From contig CAWJBB010000076.1 of the NCBI GenBank assembly GCA_963840855.1, positions 1 through 50,769 on the forward strand: a stretch of DNA of 50,769 nt, written 5' to 3'. Shown in pieces: positions 27,146 through 37,307 of this stretch. Every line of letters begins with the position of its first letter. Positions within the stretch are counted from its first letter, which is position 1. Below the pieces are notes generated by a model. The model was not told where the DNA came from and ran no database searches. It worked only from the letters and a program-made list of their open reading frames with translations. The stretch is from an uncultured delta proteobacterium. GTDB lineage: Bacteria; Desulfobacterota; Binatia; UBA9968. A program made the position numbers and the translations under genes.

Positions 27146-28609
27146 ATGCTCAAGAGGTTTGCGTTGGTACTTGCATTCTTCGTGGTCGCGACGGGAGGCG
27201 CGCAGGCGGACACGGTTTTGCAGCGAGTAGGCGACGGCATCAACGTCGGCGAGATCAAGACGCTGCAGTTTACGGGCAATGGCATGATGTTCGAGTTCGG
27301 GCAGCACGCGACACCCACCGGCCCGCTGCCCAGGTTTTATTTGAAAAGTCTCACCCGCGATATCGACTTCAACAGCGCGGCCATGCGCGACGAGGTGGTG
27401 CGCACCCAGGGCGAAGACCCGCCACGGGGCGGCGGCGCGGGGCAACCGATCGTCGGAGAGCAGCGCCAGATTCAGCTTGTCCACGGAGACTACGCGTGGA
27501 ACGAAGCGGGAAAAGATATGGCGCCGAGGTTCTGGGAGGCCACCAACCGGCAGCACCAAATCTGGGTGACGCCGCAGGGATTCGTCCGTGCGGCCTTGGC
27601 GAACGAAGCCGCCACGAAGTCCCAAACCGTGGACGGTCGGAAAATGAACGTAATCTCGTTCACAATCAAGGGCAAGATGAAGGCCGACGCCTACGTGAAC
27701 GATGAGAACGTCATCGAAAGGATCGAGTCCTGGTATGGCAATCCCGTGGTCGGCGATACCAAGGTGGATACGCGCTTCGGCGGCTACCGTGATTTCGCGG
27801 GTATCAAGTTTCCCTCTAAGATCGTTCAGTACCAAGATGGAAACCCGGTGTTGGATTTAGACATCACCGCGGTCCGCGTAAACCTGCCAGTCAATATTCA
27901 AACCCCGGAAAACGTGCGTACCAATCCCACGCCGGTGAAAGTCGAGAAAGCGGCGGATGGCGTCTGGTACATTACCGGTGGCTCGCATCACAGCGTGCTG
28001 GTCGAAATGAAAGATTACCTCATCGTCATTGAAGGGCCGCAGGGCGATGAACGCTCCGCAGCGGTTATCGCCGAAGTGAAAAAGACCGTACCGGGTAAAC
28101 CGATCCGCTACCTGGTCAACACCCATCATCATTTCGACCACTCCAGCGGAGTGCGCGCTTTCGCGCTGGAGGGCGCAACCATCGTTACCCATGAAATCAA
28201 CCGGGCCTTTTTCGAGCGCGCGGCGGCGAATACGCGCAACTTTAGCCCCGACCGCCTGGCGAAATCCGGCAAAAAGCCTGTCTTCCAAGCCATGGGCGAC
28301 AATATGGTGTTGACCGACGGTGCGCGGTCGGTTGAACTGTACCAAATCGCTGGCAATCCCCATCACCAGGGATTGGTCATGGCGTACCTGCGAAAAGAAA
28401 AGATTCTCATCGAGGCGGACGCTTATACGCCGGGCCCAGTGGGTGCTGAGCCGCCGAAGGTGCCCAATCCTTTTTCGGTCAATCTTGAAGCTCAAGTGCG
28501 GCGCTTGAACATCGATGTAGATAGAATTCTGCCCTTGCACGGTAGAATGGTTCCCTACAGCGAACTCCTAGCGGCCATTGGCAAGAAGCCGGCGCCGGCA
28601 AAGAACTAA
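27146..28609 (+). CDS. Secreted metallo-beta-lactamase-fold hydrolase with a long N-terminal domain (paralog 1)
   Basis: Signal peptide; NTHHHFDHSSG (HxHxDH); EAD; LPLHG. Confidence 0.88.
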   Translation: MLKRFALVLAFFVVATGGAQADTVLQRVGDGINVGEIKTLQFTGNGMMFEFGQHATPTGPLPRFYLKSLTRDIDFNSAAMRDEVVRTQGEDPPRGGGAGQPIVGEQRQIQLVHGDYAWNEAGKDMAPRFWEATNRQHQIWVTPQGFVRAALANEAATKSQTVDGRKMNVISFTIKGKMKADAYVNDENVIERIESWYGNPVVGDTKVDTRFGGYRDFAGIKFPSKIVQYQDGNPVLDLDITAVRVNLPVNIQTPENVRTNPTPVKVEKAADGVWYITGGSHHSVLVEMKDYLIVIEGPQGDERSAAVIAEVKKTVPGKPIRYLVNTHHHFDHSSGVRAFALEGATIVTHEINRAFFERAAANTRNFSPDRLAKSGKKPVFQAMGDNMVLTDGARSVELYQIAGNPHHQGLVMAYLRKEKILIEADAYTPGPVGAEPPKVPNPFSVNLEAQVRRLNIDVDRILPLHGRMVPYSELLAAIGKKPAPAKN

Positions 28610-28620
28610 GTTTCAACGAG

Positions 28621-28661
28621 CAAAGCGCGAGGGCCGCCAAGACGGTGCTCGCCCTTTGTTT
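28621..28661 (+). terminator. Imperfect hairpin with a T-rich tail after MBL paralog 1
   Basis: CAAAGCGCGAGGGCCG-CCAAGA-CGGTGCTCGCCCTTTGTTT. Confidence 0.45.
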
Positions 28662-28746
28662 GACAGCAACATCCTAGTGCGATATTCACGCCGATTTAGA
28701 GAGCCGAGTTCTATTTCCGGCTTAACTCAACAAAAGGAGCCAGGGT

Positions 28747-30193
28747 ATGTTGAAGAAGCTTGTTATTGCGTTCGCGCTTTTCGCGCTCGTAGGTTTTAAG
28801 GTAGAGGCGCAGGAAACCGAGCTCCAGCAGATCGCCGACGCGCTGGATGTTTCGACGACCAAGACGTTTCAGTTCACCGCCAACGGCACATTCTTTTCGC
28901 TCGGCCAGAGCACCAGCCCTGCCGCGGCTTGGCCGCGGCAGTTCGTGAAGAGTTTGACGCGGGTCTATGATTTCACGGCCGGTGCGATGCGCGATGACTG
29001 GGTGCGCATGGCAGCTGAGACCCAGACGGTGGGACCGGAGCAACAAATCGTCAATGTAGTTAGCGGCGATCATGCCTGGAACGTGGCGGGCAAAGATACG
29101 GTGCCGAGGTTATGGGAGGTCAACGGACCGGGCCCATCAGATAGTGATCTCGCCTCATGGCATACTTCGCGCGGCGTTTGCCAACAATGCCGGCGTCACG
29201 AAGAAGACGATTGAAGGGCGGCAGATGACGGTGATTTCATTTACCGACAGGGGCAAACACAAGGTAGTTGCTTACGCCAACGACCAAAACGCCATCGAGC
29301 GTGTTGAATCTTGGTACGGCCATCCGGTCGTCGGCGATATTAAGGTTGTGACTTACTATGGACCTTATCGTGATTTCGCCGGCGTCAAGTTCCCGACCAA
29401 GATTATTCAATATCAGGACGACAAGCCGACTTTGGATGTGACGGTTACCGCCGTCAGAGCGAATCCGCCGGTGGATATCGAGGTTCCAGCCCATGTTCGT
29501 AGCGACCCGGTGCCAGTGAAATCTGAGAAGGCGGCGGATGGGGTTTGGTACATCACGGGCATTTCGGCCTACAGCGTGCTTATCGAGATGAAGGATTATC
29601 TCATCGTCGTCGAAGCGCCGCATGGCGAGCAGCGCTCCATTGCCGTGATGGCGGAAGTGAAAAAACTGGTGCCGAATAAGCCGATCAGGTATCTGGTCAA
29701 CACGCACCATCACTTTGACCATGCTGCCGGAATCCGCACGTACGCCGCCGAGGGTATCACGATCGTGACGCACGAATTGAACCGGCCATACTTCGAGCGT
29801 GCCGCGGCAAATTCTTGGAATCTGGCTCCTGACCGTCTAGCGAAGTCGAAAAAGAAGCCGGTCTTCCAAGCCATGGGCGACAACATGGTGTTGACCGACG
29901 GTACGCGTTCGGTGGAGCTCTACCAGGTCGGCGGCAACGCCCATCACGATGGGATCATCATGGCGTATCTGCGCAAAGAAAAAATTCTCATCGAAGCCGA
30001 TGTCTTCACTCCAGGCCCGGCGGGCGCGGAACCACCCAAAGTGCCGAATCCGTTCTCGGTCAACCTCGAGGCCAACGTCCGGCGCTTGAACATCGACGTC
30101 GATCGGATCCTGCCGATTCACGGCAGAATCGTTCCTTACAGCGAGCTGCTCGCGGCAATCGGCAAGAAGCCGGCGCCCGCGAAAAAAGAGTAG
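28747..30193 (+). CDS. Secreted MBL-fold hydrolase (paralog 2), split by a +1 frameshift near 29122
   Basis: ORFs 28747-29214 and 29072-30193 align end to end with paralog 1; removing one A gives WEVTDRAHQ versus WEATNRQHQ; NTHHHFDH motif intact. Confidence 0.85.
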
Positions 30194-30204
30194 TTTGATC
30201 ACAA

Positions 30205-30243
30205 CCAGGCGCGAGTGCGGCATTGGCACTCGCGCTTGGCTTA
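30205..30243 (+). terminator. Hairpin/terminator after MBL paralog 2
   Basis: CCAGGCGCGAGTGC-GGCATTG-GCACTCGCGCTTGG-CTT. Confidence 0.6.
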
Positions 30244-30261
30244 TAAGCTGCAATCTAGAAT

Positions 30262-30330
30262 TGGAGTGATGGAGCGCTGGAGTATTGGGAAACCCATCTC
30301 TCCAACGCTCCAGTCCTCCAATACTCCAAC
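30262..30330. repeat. Octamer (TGGAGTRN) array hairpin element
   Basis: TGGAGTGA TGGAGCGC TGGAGTAT TGG ... CTCCAACG CTCCAGTC CTCCAATA CTCCAAC. Confidence 0.8.
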
Positions 30331-30412
30331 CCCCCGCCTCGCTCTTGGCGCCCGAAGGCGGGGCGATCTAAGATGCTTTCGCAAATTGACGGTTTGGCAT
30401 AGGGAGAAGTGC

Positions 30413-31485
30413 ATGCCTTACGAAAATTATTCCGTGGTGGATTGCGATGGCCATATCGTCGAGTCGGTGCCGGAGATGGCGGAGTTCATGAGCAAACGGA
30501 TTCAAGACCACGCGCTCAAACCATCGCGCAATCGCCAGGGGGTGTTTCCGTCCCTCGACGGCATGCATTTCGCGCTCCACGATGAGAACGCCAAGACGAG
30601 AAAGCGCGTCACTGCCAGCGAATACCGGCCTGGATCGGGCGAAGACTGGGTCGCCTTTCTCGACCGCGCCAAGGTTGAGCGCACGGTGCTGTTCACCTCG
30701 GAAGGGCTTTCAGTGGGCTTCATTCAGATTCCCAAATATGCGGTCGAGATTTGCCGCGCTTACAACGATTACGTCTACAACCGTTTCGCCAAGGTCAGCG
30801 ACCGGCTGCGGCCGATGGCGCTCATTCCTATGCAGGATGTGCCGCCGCGGTGGCTGAGCTGCGCCGCGCGGTGCAGGATTTGGGCTTGCCCGGCGCGATG
30901 CTGCCGTCCTGTGGCTTGCCGCTGCACTTGGCCCATGAAAACTACTGGCCGATATATGAAGAAGCCGAAAAACTCGACGTGCCGGTTGCCTTACATGGCG
31001 GGGCGAATTGCCAAGGGGCCGGCTTGGAGACGTTCACCAATTTTACCGGATCTCATATACTGCACCACCCCATTCCCCTGATGGTGGGCATCGTCGGTTT
31101 TGTCTACCACGGTGTGCTGGACCGATTTCCCAATCTGCGCGTCGCCTTTATGGAAGGCGGCGTCGGCTGGCTCGCCTCGCTGCTCGACCGCGCCGAGCGC
31201 GATGAGAACTATTTCGACCCCGCGGACCAACCCGGCAACCGGTTGCGCGATTATTTGAAAAGCGGTCGCATCCTGCTCGGATGCGAAGGTAGCGAGCATT
31301 CGATTGGCTACCTGGCGCAGCGTGTGGGCGTGAAGTGCTTCGCCTATGCGTCGGACTATCCTCATGAAGTTGATCTGCCGGCGGCCATGCATGAAATCGA
31401 AGAAGTCGCGGAGCGTAACGATTTGAGCGTGGAAGACCGGCAAGCGATCTTGGCGGAAAACGCGAGGAGGTTCTTCAGACTCTAG
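30413..31485 (+). CDS. Amidohydrolase family protein, split by a frameshift near 30845
   Basis: DCDGH and AYNDY in one frame; AVAELRRAV, VALHGG, FMEGG and ASDYPH in the next. Confidence 0.85.
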
Positions 31486-31498
31486 CGTAAATGCTTGC

Positions 31499-31560
31499 GG
31501 TCTAGAGTCCAGAGTCTCGCGTCTTGCGTTAACATGAGACTCCAAACCCGAGACGAGACG
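31499..31560. repeat. Degenerate GAGTCNN heptamer inverted element
   Basis: GGTCTAG AGTCCAG AGTCTCG CGTC ... GAGACTC CAAACCC GAGAC GAGAC. Confidence 0.5.
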
Positions 31561-31577
31561 TTATAAGAAGGTATGCA

Positions 31578-32607
31578 ATGAGAAAATTGTCTTTGAGTTT
31601 GACGATTATCTTGGCTTGGTTCGTTGACGCTCATGCGCAGACGCCGTTCTATCAAGGCAAAACGATTACCATCATCGTGGGCTATCTAGCTGGCGATGGC
31701 TACGATATTTGGGCGCGGCTCTTGGCCGGGCATCTGGGCAAACATATTCCCGGAAATCCTAACATGATCGTGCAAAATATGCCCGGGGCCGGATCGATGA
31801 TCGCCGCTAACCAGCTTTACAACGTTAGCAAGCCCGACGGGCTGACTATGGCTTCGATCGGTCCGTCGCTCTATCTCGACCAACTCGTCGGCAAGAAGGA
31901 AGTTCAGTTCGATTGGGCAAAATTCGGCTGGGTCGGCTCCACGGAAAACACGCCGTGGCTCCTCTACATGAACAGTAACACGCCTTACAAGATCCATTGA
32001 CGACGTGCGCAAGGCAAAGGATGCTCCTAAATGTTCGGCCACGAGCACTGGCACGAGCGGTCACTTTATTCCCAAGCTGCTCGAAGAAGCCGTGGGCGCG
32101 AAATTCACCATCGTCATGGGCTATCAAGGCGGCGCGGAACAGGATTTGGCATTCGAGAGAGGGGAGGTGGTTTGCCGAGCTTTGAGCATCCCGACCTTTT
32201 TCGCGCGCGAACCTTTTACTACCTGGCGCAAGAACAACCTGGTGCGTATTTTGCTGCAGACCGGCCGCAAGCGCGACGAAAAAATGCCCAATGTCCCAAC
32301 GATTCACGAGCTGATGACCGAATATAAAACGCCGGAAAGCACGCGCAGCTTGGCAATCGCTCTATTGGCTTCCGGCGATCTCGGCAGGCCGTTTATCACT
32401 CCCCCAGGCATTCTCCCCGACCGGCTAAAAATTCTCCGCGAGGCATTCCGCAAAACCATGAGCGATCCGGCGTTTCTCGCCGAAGTCAAAGCAAGAAAGC
32501 TTGAGACCGATCCGGATTACGGCGAGCAACTCGAAGCCTTGGCCAAGCAAGCCGTTTCGCAGCCACGCGACATCGTCGAGCGGATGAAAAAACTTTTGAG
32601 TGAGTAA
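31578..32607 (+). CDS. Tripartite tricarboxylate transporter substrate-binding protein (TctC/Bug family), frameshift near 31992
   Basis: Signal peptide; FYQGKTITIIVG, IVQNMPGAGS and KPDGLT motifs; continues GYQGGAEQDLAFERGE; removing one base gives PYKSIDDVRKA. Confidence 0.85.
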
Positions 32608-32635
32608 CAATGGCAGGCCGCTCTGGAGGCCAGCT

Positions 32636-32670
32636 TTCAAAAAGTTCAAAGCGATCAAGTCGTTCAGAAT
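32636..32670. repeat. Short degenerate 9-mer GTTCAA array
   Basis: TTCAAAAA GTTCAAAGC GATCAAGTC GTTCAGAAT. Confidence 0.5.
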
Positions 32671-32808
32671 GATTCGCTGACGTATCGACGGCTTGATTTA
32701 CGACGTGAGCGTAGGAAATATTCAGACCGCGGGCGCTGCGCAGCAAACCCATGGTTCGAAGACCTAAATTGTTTTTGCTCTAAAACCATAGACGGAGGAA
32801 AACATCGT

Positions 32809-33576
32809 ATGCCATTGAAAGCGTCTCTAGATGCGCCCTACGGTTGGCGGGCGCGGGTTGGCTTAATTACTCCCAGCCCAGGTCACGAGAATAACGCCTA
32901 TGAATTCTATTTGATCGCTCCGGAAGGTGTCACGGTCTGTATGACATCGCTACGGGTCATGGGTCTGACGCAGGAACAGTACTCCGGCGCGCTCGGCCGG
33001 ATGGAAGCAGCCGTGGCCGAGATGGTGAGCCGCAAAGTCGATGCCATGGTGCAGGCGGGGGTGCCGCTGACCGTAACTCAGGGCTGGGATTATCACACCC
33101 AGCTTGCAGCGCAGGTGGCTAAGCTTACGAAAATTCCTTTTGCCACCGATATCGGTGCATGTATCGAGGCGATGCAATTCTTAGGCATGCGGCGGGTCGT
33201 GATGATCACACCGTTCGACGATGCAATGCACGAAAAATTGATCCGCTACGTTTCGAAAGCGGGTATTCAAGTGCTGGCGGCCCATTCCATAAGGCCGCCC
33301 GACGCCGAGGAGATAGCCCGCCACTACGACGTATCCACGGTTCCTTTGTCTGTGCCCTACCACGCAGCCAAGGCTCTTTTTCGCGCCACCGCCGGCGCCG
33401 ACGGGATCTGGATCACCGGGGCGCTAATGCCTAGCGTGGCGGTGATCCAGCCTCTCGAACAGGATCTTGAAGTGCCGGTGGTCACGAGCATGCAGGCGAT
33501 GGCTTGGGCCGGACTTCGGCTGGCCGGCGTCAAGGCGGAGGTCAGCGGCTATGGACGGCTGTTCCGGTATCTTTAA
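32809..33576 (+). CDS. Maleate isomerase / arylmalonate decarboxylase / Asp-Glu racemase superfamily protein
   Basis: YGWRARVGLITPS, VMITPF and LEQDLEVPVVTS..AMAW..LRLAG...GYGRL motifs; GGAGG RBS. Confidence 0.85.
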   Translation: MPLKASLDAPYGWRARVGLITPSPGHENNAYEFYLIAPEGVTVCMTSLRVMGLTQEQYSGALGRMEAAVAEMVSRKVDAMVQAGVPLTVTQGWDYHTQLAAQVAKLTKIPFATDIGACIEAMQFLGMRRVVMITPFDDAMHEKLIRYVSKAGIQVLAAHSIRPPDAEEIARHYDVSTVPLSVPYHAAKALFRATAGADGIWITGALMPSVAVIQPLEQDLEVPVVTSMQAMAWAGLRLAGVKAEVSGYGRLFRYL

Positions 33577-33672
33577 CGCCACGCGCTTTCGCGGTTTTGG
33601 GCCGCAAGCTGACTGCGTCGGCGGTCACATCATCCACACAGGGGTTAAGAGTTTATGATCCAGGGACCGCGA

Positions 33673-34776
33673 TTAGCTTGGGTCTGATCCGCCAGCTTTT
33701 GGAAAATTTAGTGCGTCGACTTCGAACTTTCTTAGCTCGGGCATGACTTGTTCGGCGAATAGCCTGAGCGAGTTCATCGCCTGGCGCTGCTCCATCATGC
33801 CGAAGGTGAATTCGCCGAGAAAAGTATCCGCGCCGGCGTCCGTCGCGATCTTTTGAATCTGCCGCACGACGGTTTCCGGCGATCCGCAGATGAACGATCC
33901 CTCGGCAATCGATCGCTCCATGTCCATCAACTCCTGTTTCCGTGCGCCGTCCAGAAGCGTGACAGCGCCGCCTTCGCCGTGACCGCCGTAGGTTCGGCGC
34001 CCGCCGCGCCGTTCCCAAAAATTGATCCAGTGACCTTCGCCCTCGTCCCGCGCCTGCTTGTCCGTCGCCGCTACGTAGATTTCCCGCATGAGTCCCATGT
34101 GCGGTTTCGGTCCCGAGGGTCTGTTTCTTTGATAGGCCTCGCGGTATTGGTCGAAGGCGGTTCTCGTTGCTTTCATGCCTGAAGGAACCCACTGAACCGT
34201 GCTGATACCCGTTGCGGCGGCTTCCTCGATGGAATCTTTGCTGCGGGTCGGCATCCAGAGCGGCGGGTGGGGCTTTTGCACGAGTGGTATGCTCAGCTCG
34301 GCGTTGTTGCATTTAAAAAATCGGCCTTCATAGCTATACGATGGATTCGCCCAGATGCCGCGGATGATGCGCAGCGCTTCCAGCGTCATTTGCCGCTTGT
34401 CATCCCAGGGCACGCCGTAAGCAGTAAAGGTAAAGGGGCCGATGCCGGCGCCGAAGCCACATTCCAAACGCCCCTCGGTCAAGTTGTCCAACAGCGCGAC
34501 TTCCTCCGCGACGCGAATCGGATTCCAGAGCGGCAACACGTAAACCAGAGGACCGATGCGAATTTGTTTGGTGCGTTGCGAGGCCGCGCCGAGAAAACTG
34601 CCGGGACTCGGACACTCGGAGAAGCCCATGTCGAAGTGGTGTTCGGCGACGAAATAAAAATCCATGCCCGCCTGGTCGGCAAACTCCAGTACTTCCAGAT
34701 GACTCTTGTAGAGGTCCACGTACGAGCGCGCCGGGTTATCGTGTTTCTGCATGTGGTCGAACAGTCCGAGTTTCAT
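33673..34776 (-). CDS. LLM-class flavin-dependent oxidoreductase
   Basis: MKLGLFDH, VAEHH, PIRVAEEVALLDNLTEGRLECGFGAG and LFAEQVMP motifs. Confidence 0.92.
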   Translation of the reverse strand: MKLGLFDHMQKHDNPARSYVDLYKSHLEVLEFADQAGMDFYFVAEHHFDMGFSECPSPGSFLGAASQRTKQIRIGPLVYVLPLWNPIRVAEEVALLDNLTEGRLECGFGAGIGPFTFTAYGVPWDDKRQMTLEALRIIRGIWANPSYSYEGRFFKCNNAELSIPLVQKPHPPLWMPTRSKDSIEEAAATGISTVQWVPSGMKATRTAFDQYREAYQRNRPSGPKPHMGLMREIYVAATDKQARDEGEGHWINFWERRGGRRTYGGHGEGGAVTLLDGARKQELMDMERSIAEGSFICGSPETVVRQIQKIATDAGADTFLGEFTFGMMEQRQAMNSLRLFAEQVMPELRKFEVDALNFPKAGGSDPS

Positions 34777-35102
34777 GCGATGTCCTTATTTCGTCATTTC
34801 TTTTTGAATTTCTTGCGGCGGCGAGTTGTCGAACATTTTTTCCAGCGCGAGCTTTTTGGCCTCGATGCCGTTTGGCGCTGGATCTCTTCACGGCACTTCT
34901 CATTGGATCGAACGGTTTCCGATAGATCATGATCGCGGGCTGGCTGTCAAGTTTCTTTAACTGGTAGCGGTTGACGCTCATCAACGGCGTGATATAGGTT
35001 CCTCTACGGGTTCCTGGAAGACTAATCGCTGCATGTTCGTCGTTGGAGAATCTAATCAAACCAGATAAGTAACTCACTTTACTTGCCAGTAGGGAGGGCA
35101 AT

Positions 35103-36677
35103 ATGATACGGCTCATGAAAACGAAAGTCGTCTTTGTAACTGTGTGCCTGCTGCTGTCGAGTATTTCACTGGCGCACAAAAGCCGTCGGAACAGCTCGGC
35201 AAAGTTTCGTTTCCGACTCTTGTGATGCCAAGGTGCAGGCTCAATTTGATCGAGCGGTGGCGATGCTGCACTCGTTCTGGTTTCAGCAAGGTGAAAAGGC
35301 TTTCCGCGACGTGCTGGAGCGCGATCCCAGTTGCGCTATCGCCATGGGGCATCGCCAGCGATTCTGATCGGCAACACTTTCGCTGGCGCCGCGACTGCAG
35401 AAAGATGCGCAAAAGGCGCGAGAAGCGATACAGCGCGGGCGCTTGACGGGGCTAAGACCGAACGGGAGCGTTTCTACATCGAGGCGATCGCGGAATATTA
35501 CGACTGGTTCAACGATCGCCATGGCTCGCGCATGAAGTCGCTTGCCGATGCGTTCGAGGTGTGGCGAAACGCTTTCCTAAGGATGACGAGGCGCAATCTT
35601 TACGCAATCTATCTCACCGCGACGCAATCGCCGACTGACAAAACTTTTTCCGATACCTTAAAAGCTGCCGAGATTCTTGAGATCCAGTTCAAAAAGCATC
35701 CTGATCATCTCGGTGTGGCGCACTATCTGATTCACAGTTACGACTACTCGCCGATCGCTGAGAAAGGTTTGATCGCGGCAAGACGCTATGCCGAATTGCG
35801 CGTCGGCGCCCACGCGCTGCATATGCCTTCGCATATCTTCACTCGCGTCGGCGCGTGGGAGGCCTCGGTGGCCACTAACAGGCGCTCGGCCGAGGTATCC
35901 AGGGCGGAAAAGGAGCGGCGGCGGGCTCCATGCGACGGACTACATGGTGTACGCCTACATGCAGTTGGCGCGCGACAATGATGCGAACCAGGCGCTGCAA
36001 GACGCTCGTCGCGTTGCGAACATCAACCCCAATAACCCAACTACTGCTTATGCGCTGGCGGCGATGCCAGCGCGAATTGCAATCGAGCGCGGCATGTGGA
36101 AGGAAGCGGCACAGCTTGAACTGCGCTCAAGCAAGGTTCCGCATACCGATGCAATGACGCAATTTGCCGCGCCGTCGGTGCGGCTCGCAGCGGTGACGCT
36201 GCCGCGGCTGAGAAGAGTGTGCAGGAACTAGGCGCGTATCGTTGATGGATTGAAGACCGCCAAGAACGATTACTGGGCGACGGAAGTGGAGGTGCAGCGT
36301 CTGAGCGCGGCTGCGTGGATCGCCTACGCGAAAGGCAACTCTGATGAAGCTCTCACGCTGATGCGTTCGGCGGCGGACTTGGAAGATAAAAGTGAGAAGC
36401 ATGCGGTGACTCCAGGCCGCCTCGTGCCTGCGCGTGAGCTCTGGGCGAGATGCTGCTGGAAATGAAGCGGCCGGCGGACGCGCTCAAAGAGTTCGAAGCG
36501 TCGGAAAAACATGATCCTAATCGCTTTCGTGGAATTTATGGCGCGGCGCGAGCGGCGGCCGAGTCCGGTGACGCCGCGAAAGCGAAGCGCTACTTCGCGC
36601 GATTGGTCGAGCTTGCCGGCAAAGGCGATCCGCGCCCGGAGATCGAGCAGGCGAAGGCGTTTCTAGCTAAGAACTGA
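35103..36677 (+). pseudogene. Secreted TPR-like protein with His-rich motifs, broken by many frameshifts (probably sequencing errors)
   Basis: Pieces in different frames give a signal peptide, LGKVSFP-SCDAKVQAQFDRAVAMLHSFWF, HPDHLGVAHYLIHSYD, HALHMPSHIFTRVG, HATDYMVYAYMQ, EKHAVTPG and PNRFRGIYGAARAA. Confidence 0.75.
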
Positions 36678-36761
36678 TCGATTAGCGTAGAGAAAAACCT
36701 CCTGCGAGAAGTGTCTTGCCCGTTAGACGGTTGAAAAACAATTTGTAAAGATATTTTTGCT

Positions 36762-37240
36762 TCAGATCCGGTCGGCGGGCCAGCCGTAAAGTTCGGCTGG
36801 ATTGTCCACGAGGATATGTTTGCGTGTTTCGTCATCCGGCGCCGCCGCGAGCAGAAAATCCAACAAGTCTCCATCGTTGGGCATGGGCACTCGCACGCCG
36901 CCATGGGGCCAGTTGCTGCCCCAGATGATATGATCTGGCCGTGTTTGGATGATTGCCGGATGACATCAACCATGTCGGCGTAATCGGGTGGGCCGGCTTT
37001 GGATAATTGATAGAAGCTGTAAAGATTGATCCAGGCGTGCGCTTCGTTCTTAATTATTCCAAGCAGCTCGTTGAGTTCACGATCAGCTGCATTTTGCTGT
37101 GGTTCGGCATGGGCGACATGATCGAAGACATAGGGAATCTTGAGCCACTCAAGAACGAGACAGCGCCGATACTTCGGCCGTCGATTGCGACATGAACTCG
37201 ACATGCCAATTGAAGCCCGCGTGCGTGTGACCATGCGCCG
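36762..37240 (-). pseudogene. 5'-truncated, diverged tandem copy of the adjacent LigI-like amidohydrolase
   Basis: Aligns with about 37308-37786; has both substitutions and single-base indels; begins right after an A16 run (37241-37256). Confidence 0.8.
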
Positions 37241-37307
37241 AAAAAAAAAAAAAAAATGTATGCCATCTACCAGACGTTGGAAACGACAAATCGAAGAGAT
37301 GTCTGCT

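Noticed and set aside
27146-30193. Calling the MBL-fold proteins antibiotic-resistance beta-lactamases
   Set aside because: HxHxDH is shared across the whole superfamily; the ~490-aa two-domain layout does not match class B beta-lactamases.
29072-32607. Programmed ribosomal frameshifting in the MBL, amidohydrolase and TctC genes
   Set aside because: No slippery heptamers at the break points, these families are not known for recoding, and the local density of indels points to consensus errors.
37241-37256. A16 run as the poly(A) tail of a retro-copied gene
   Set aside because: On the coding strand it is a T-run at the 5' side of the truncated copy, the wrong end and polarity; no reverse transcriptase is in the window.
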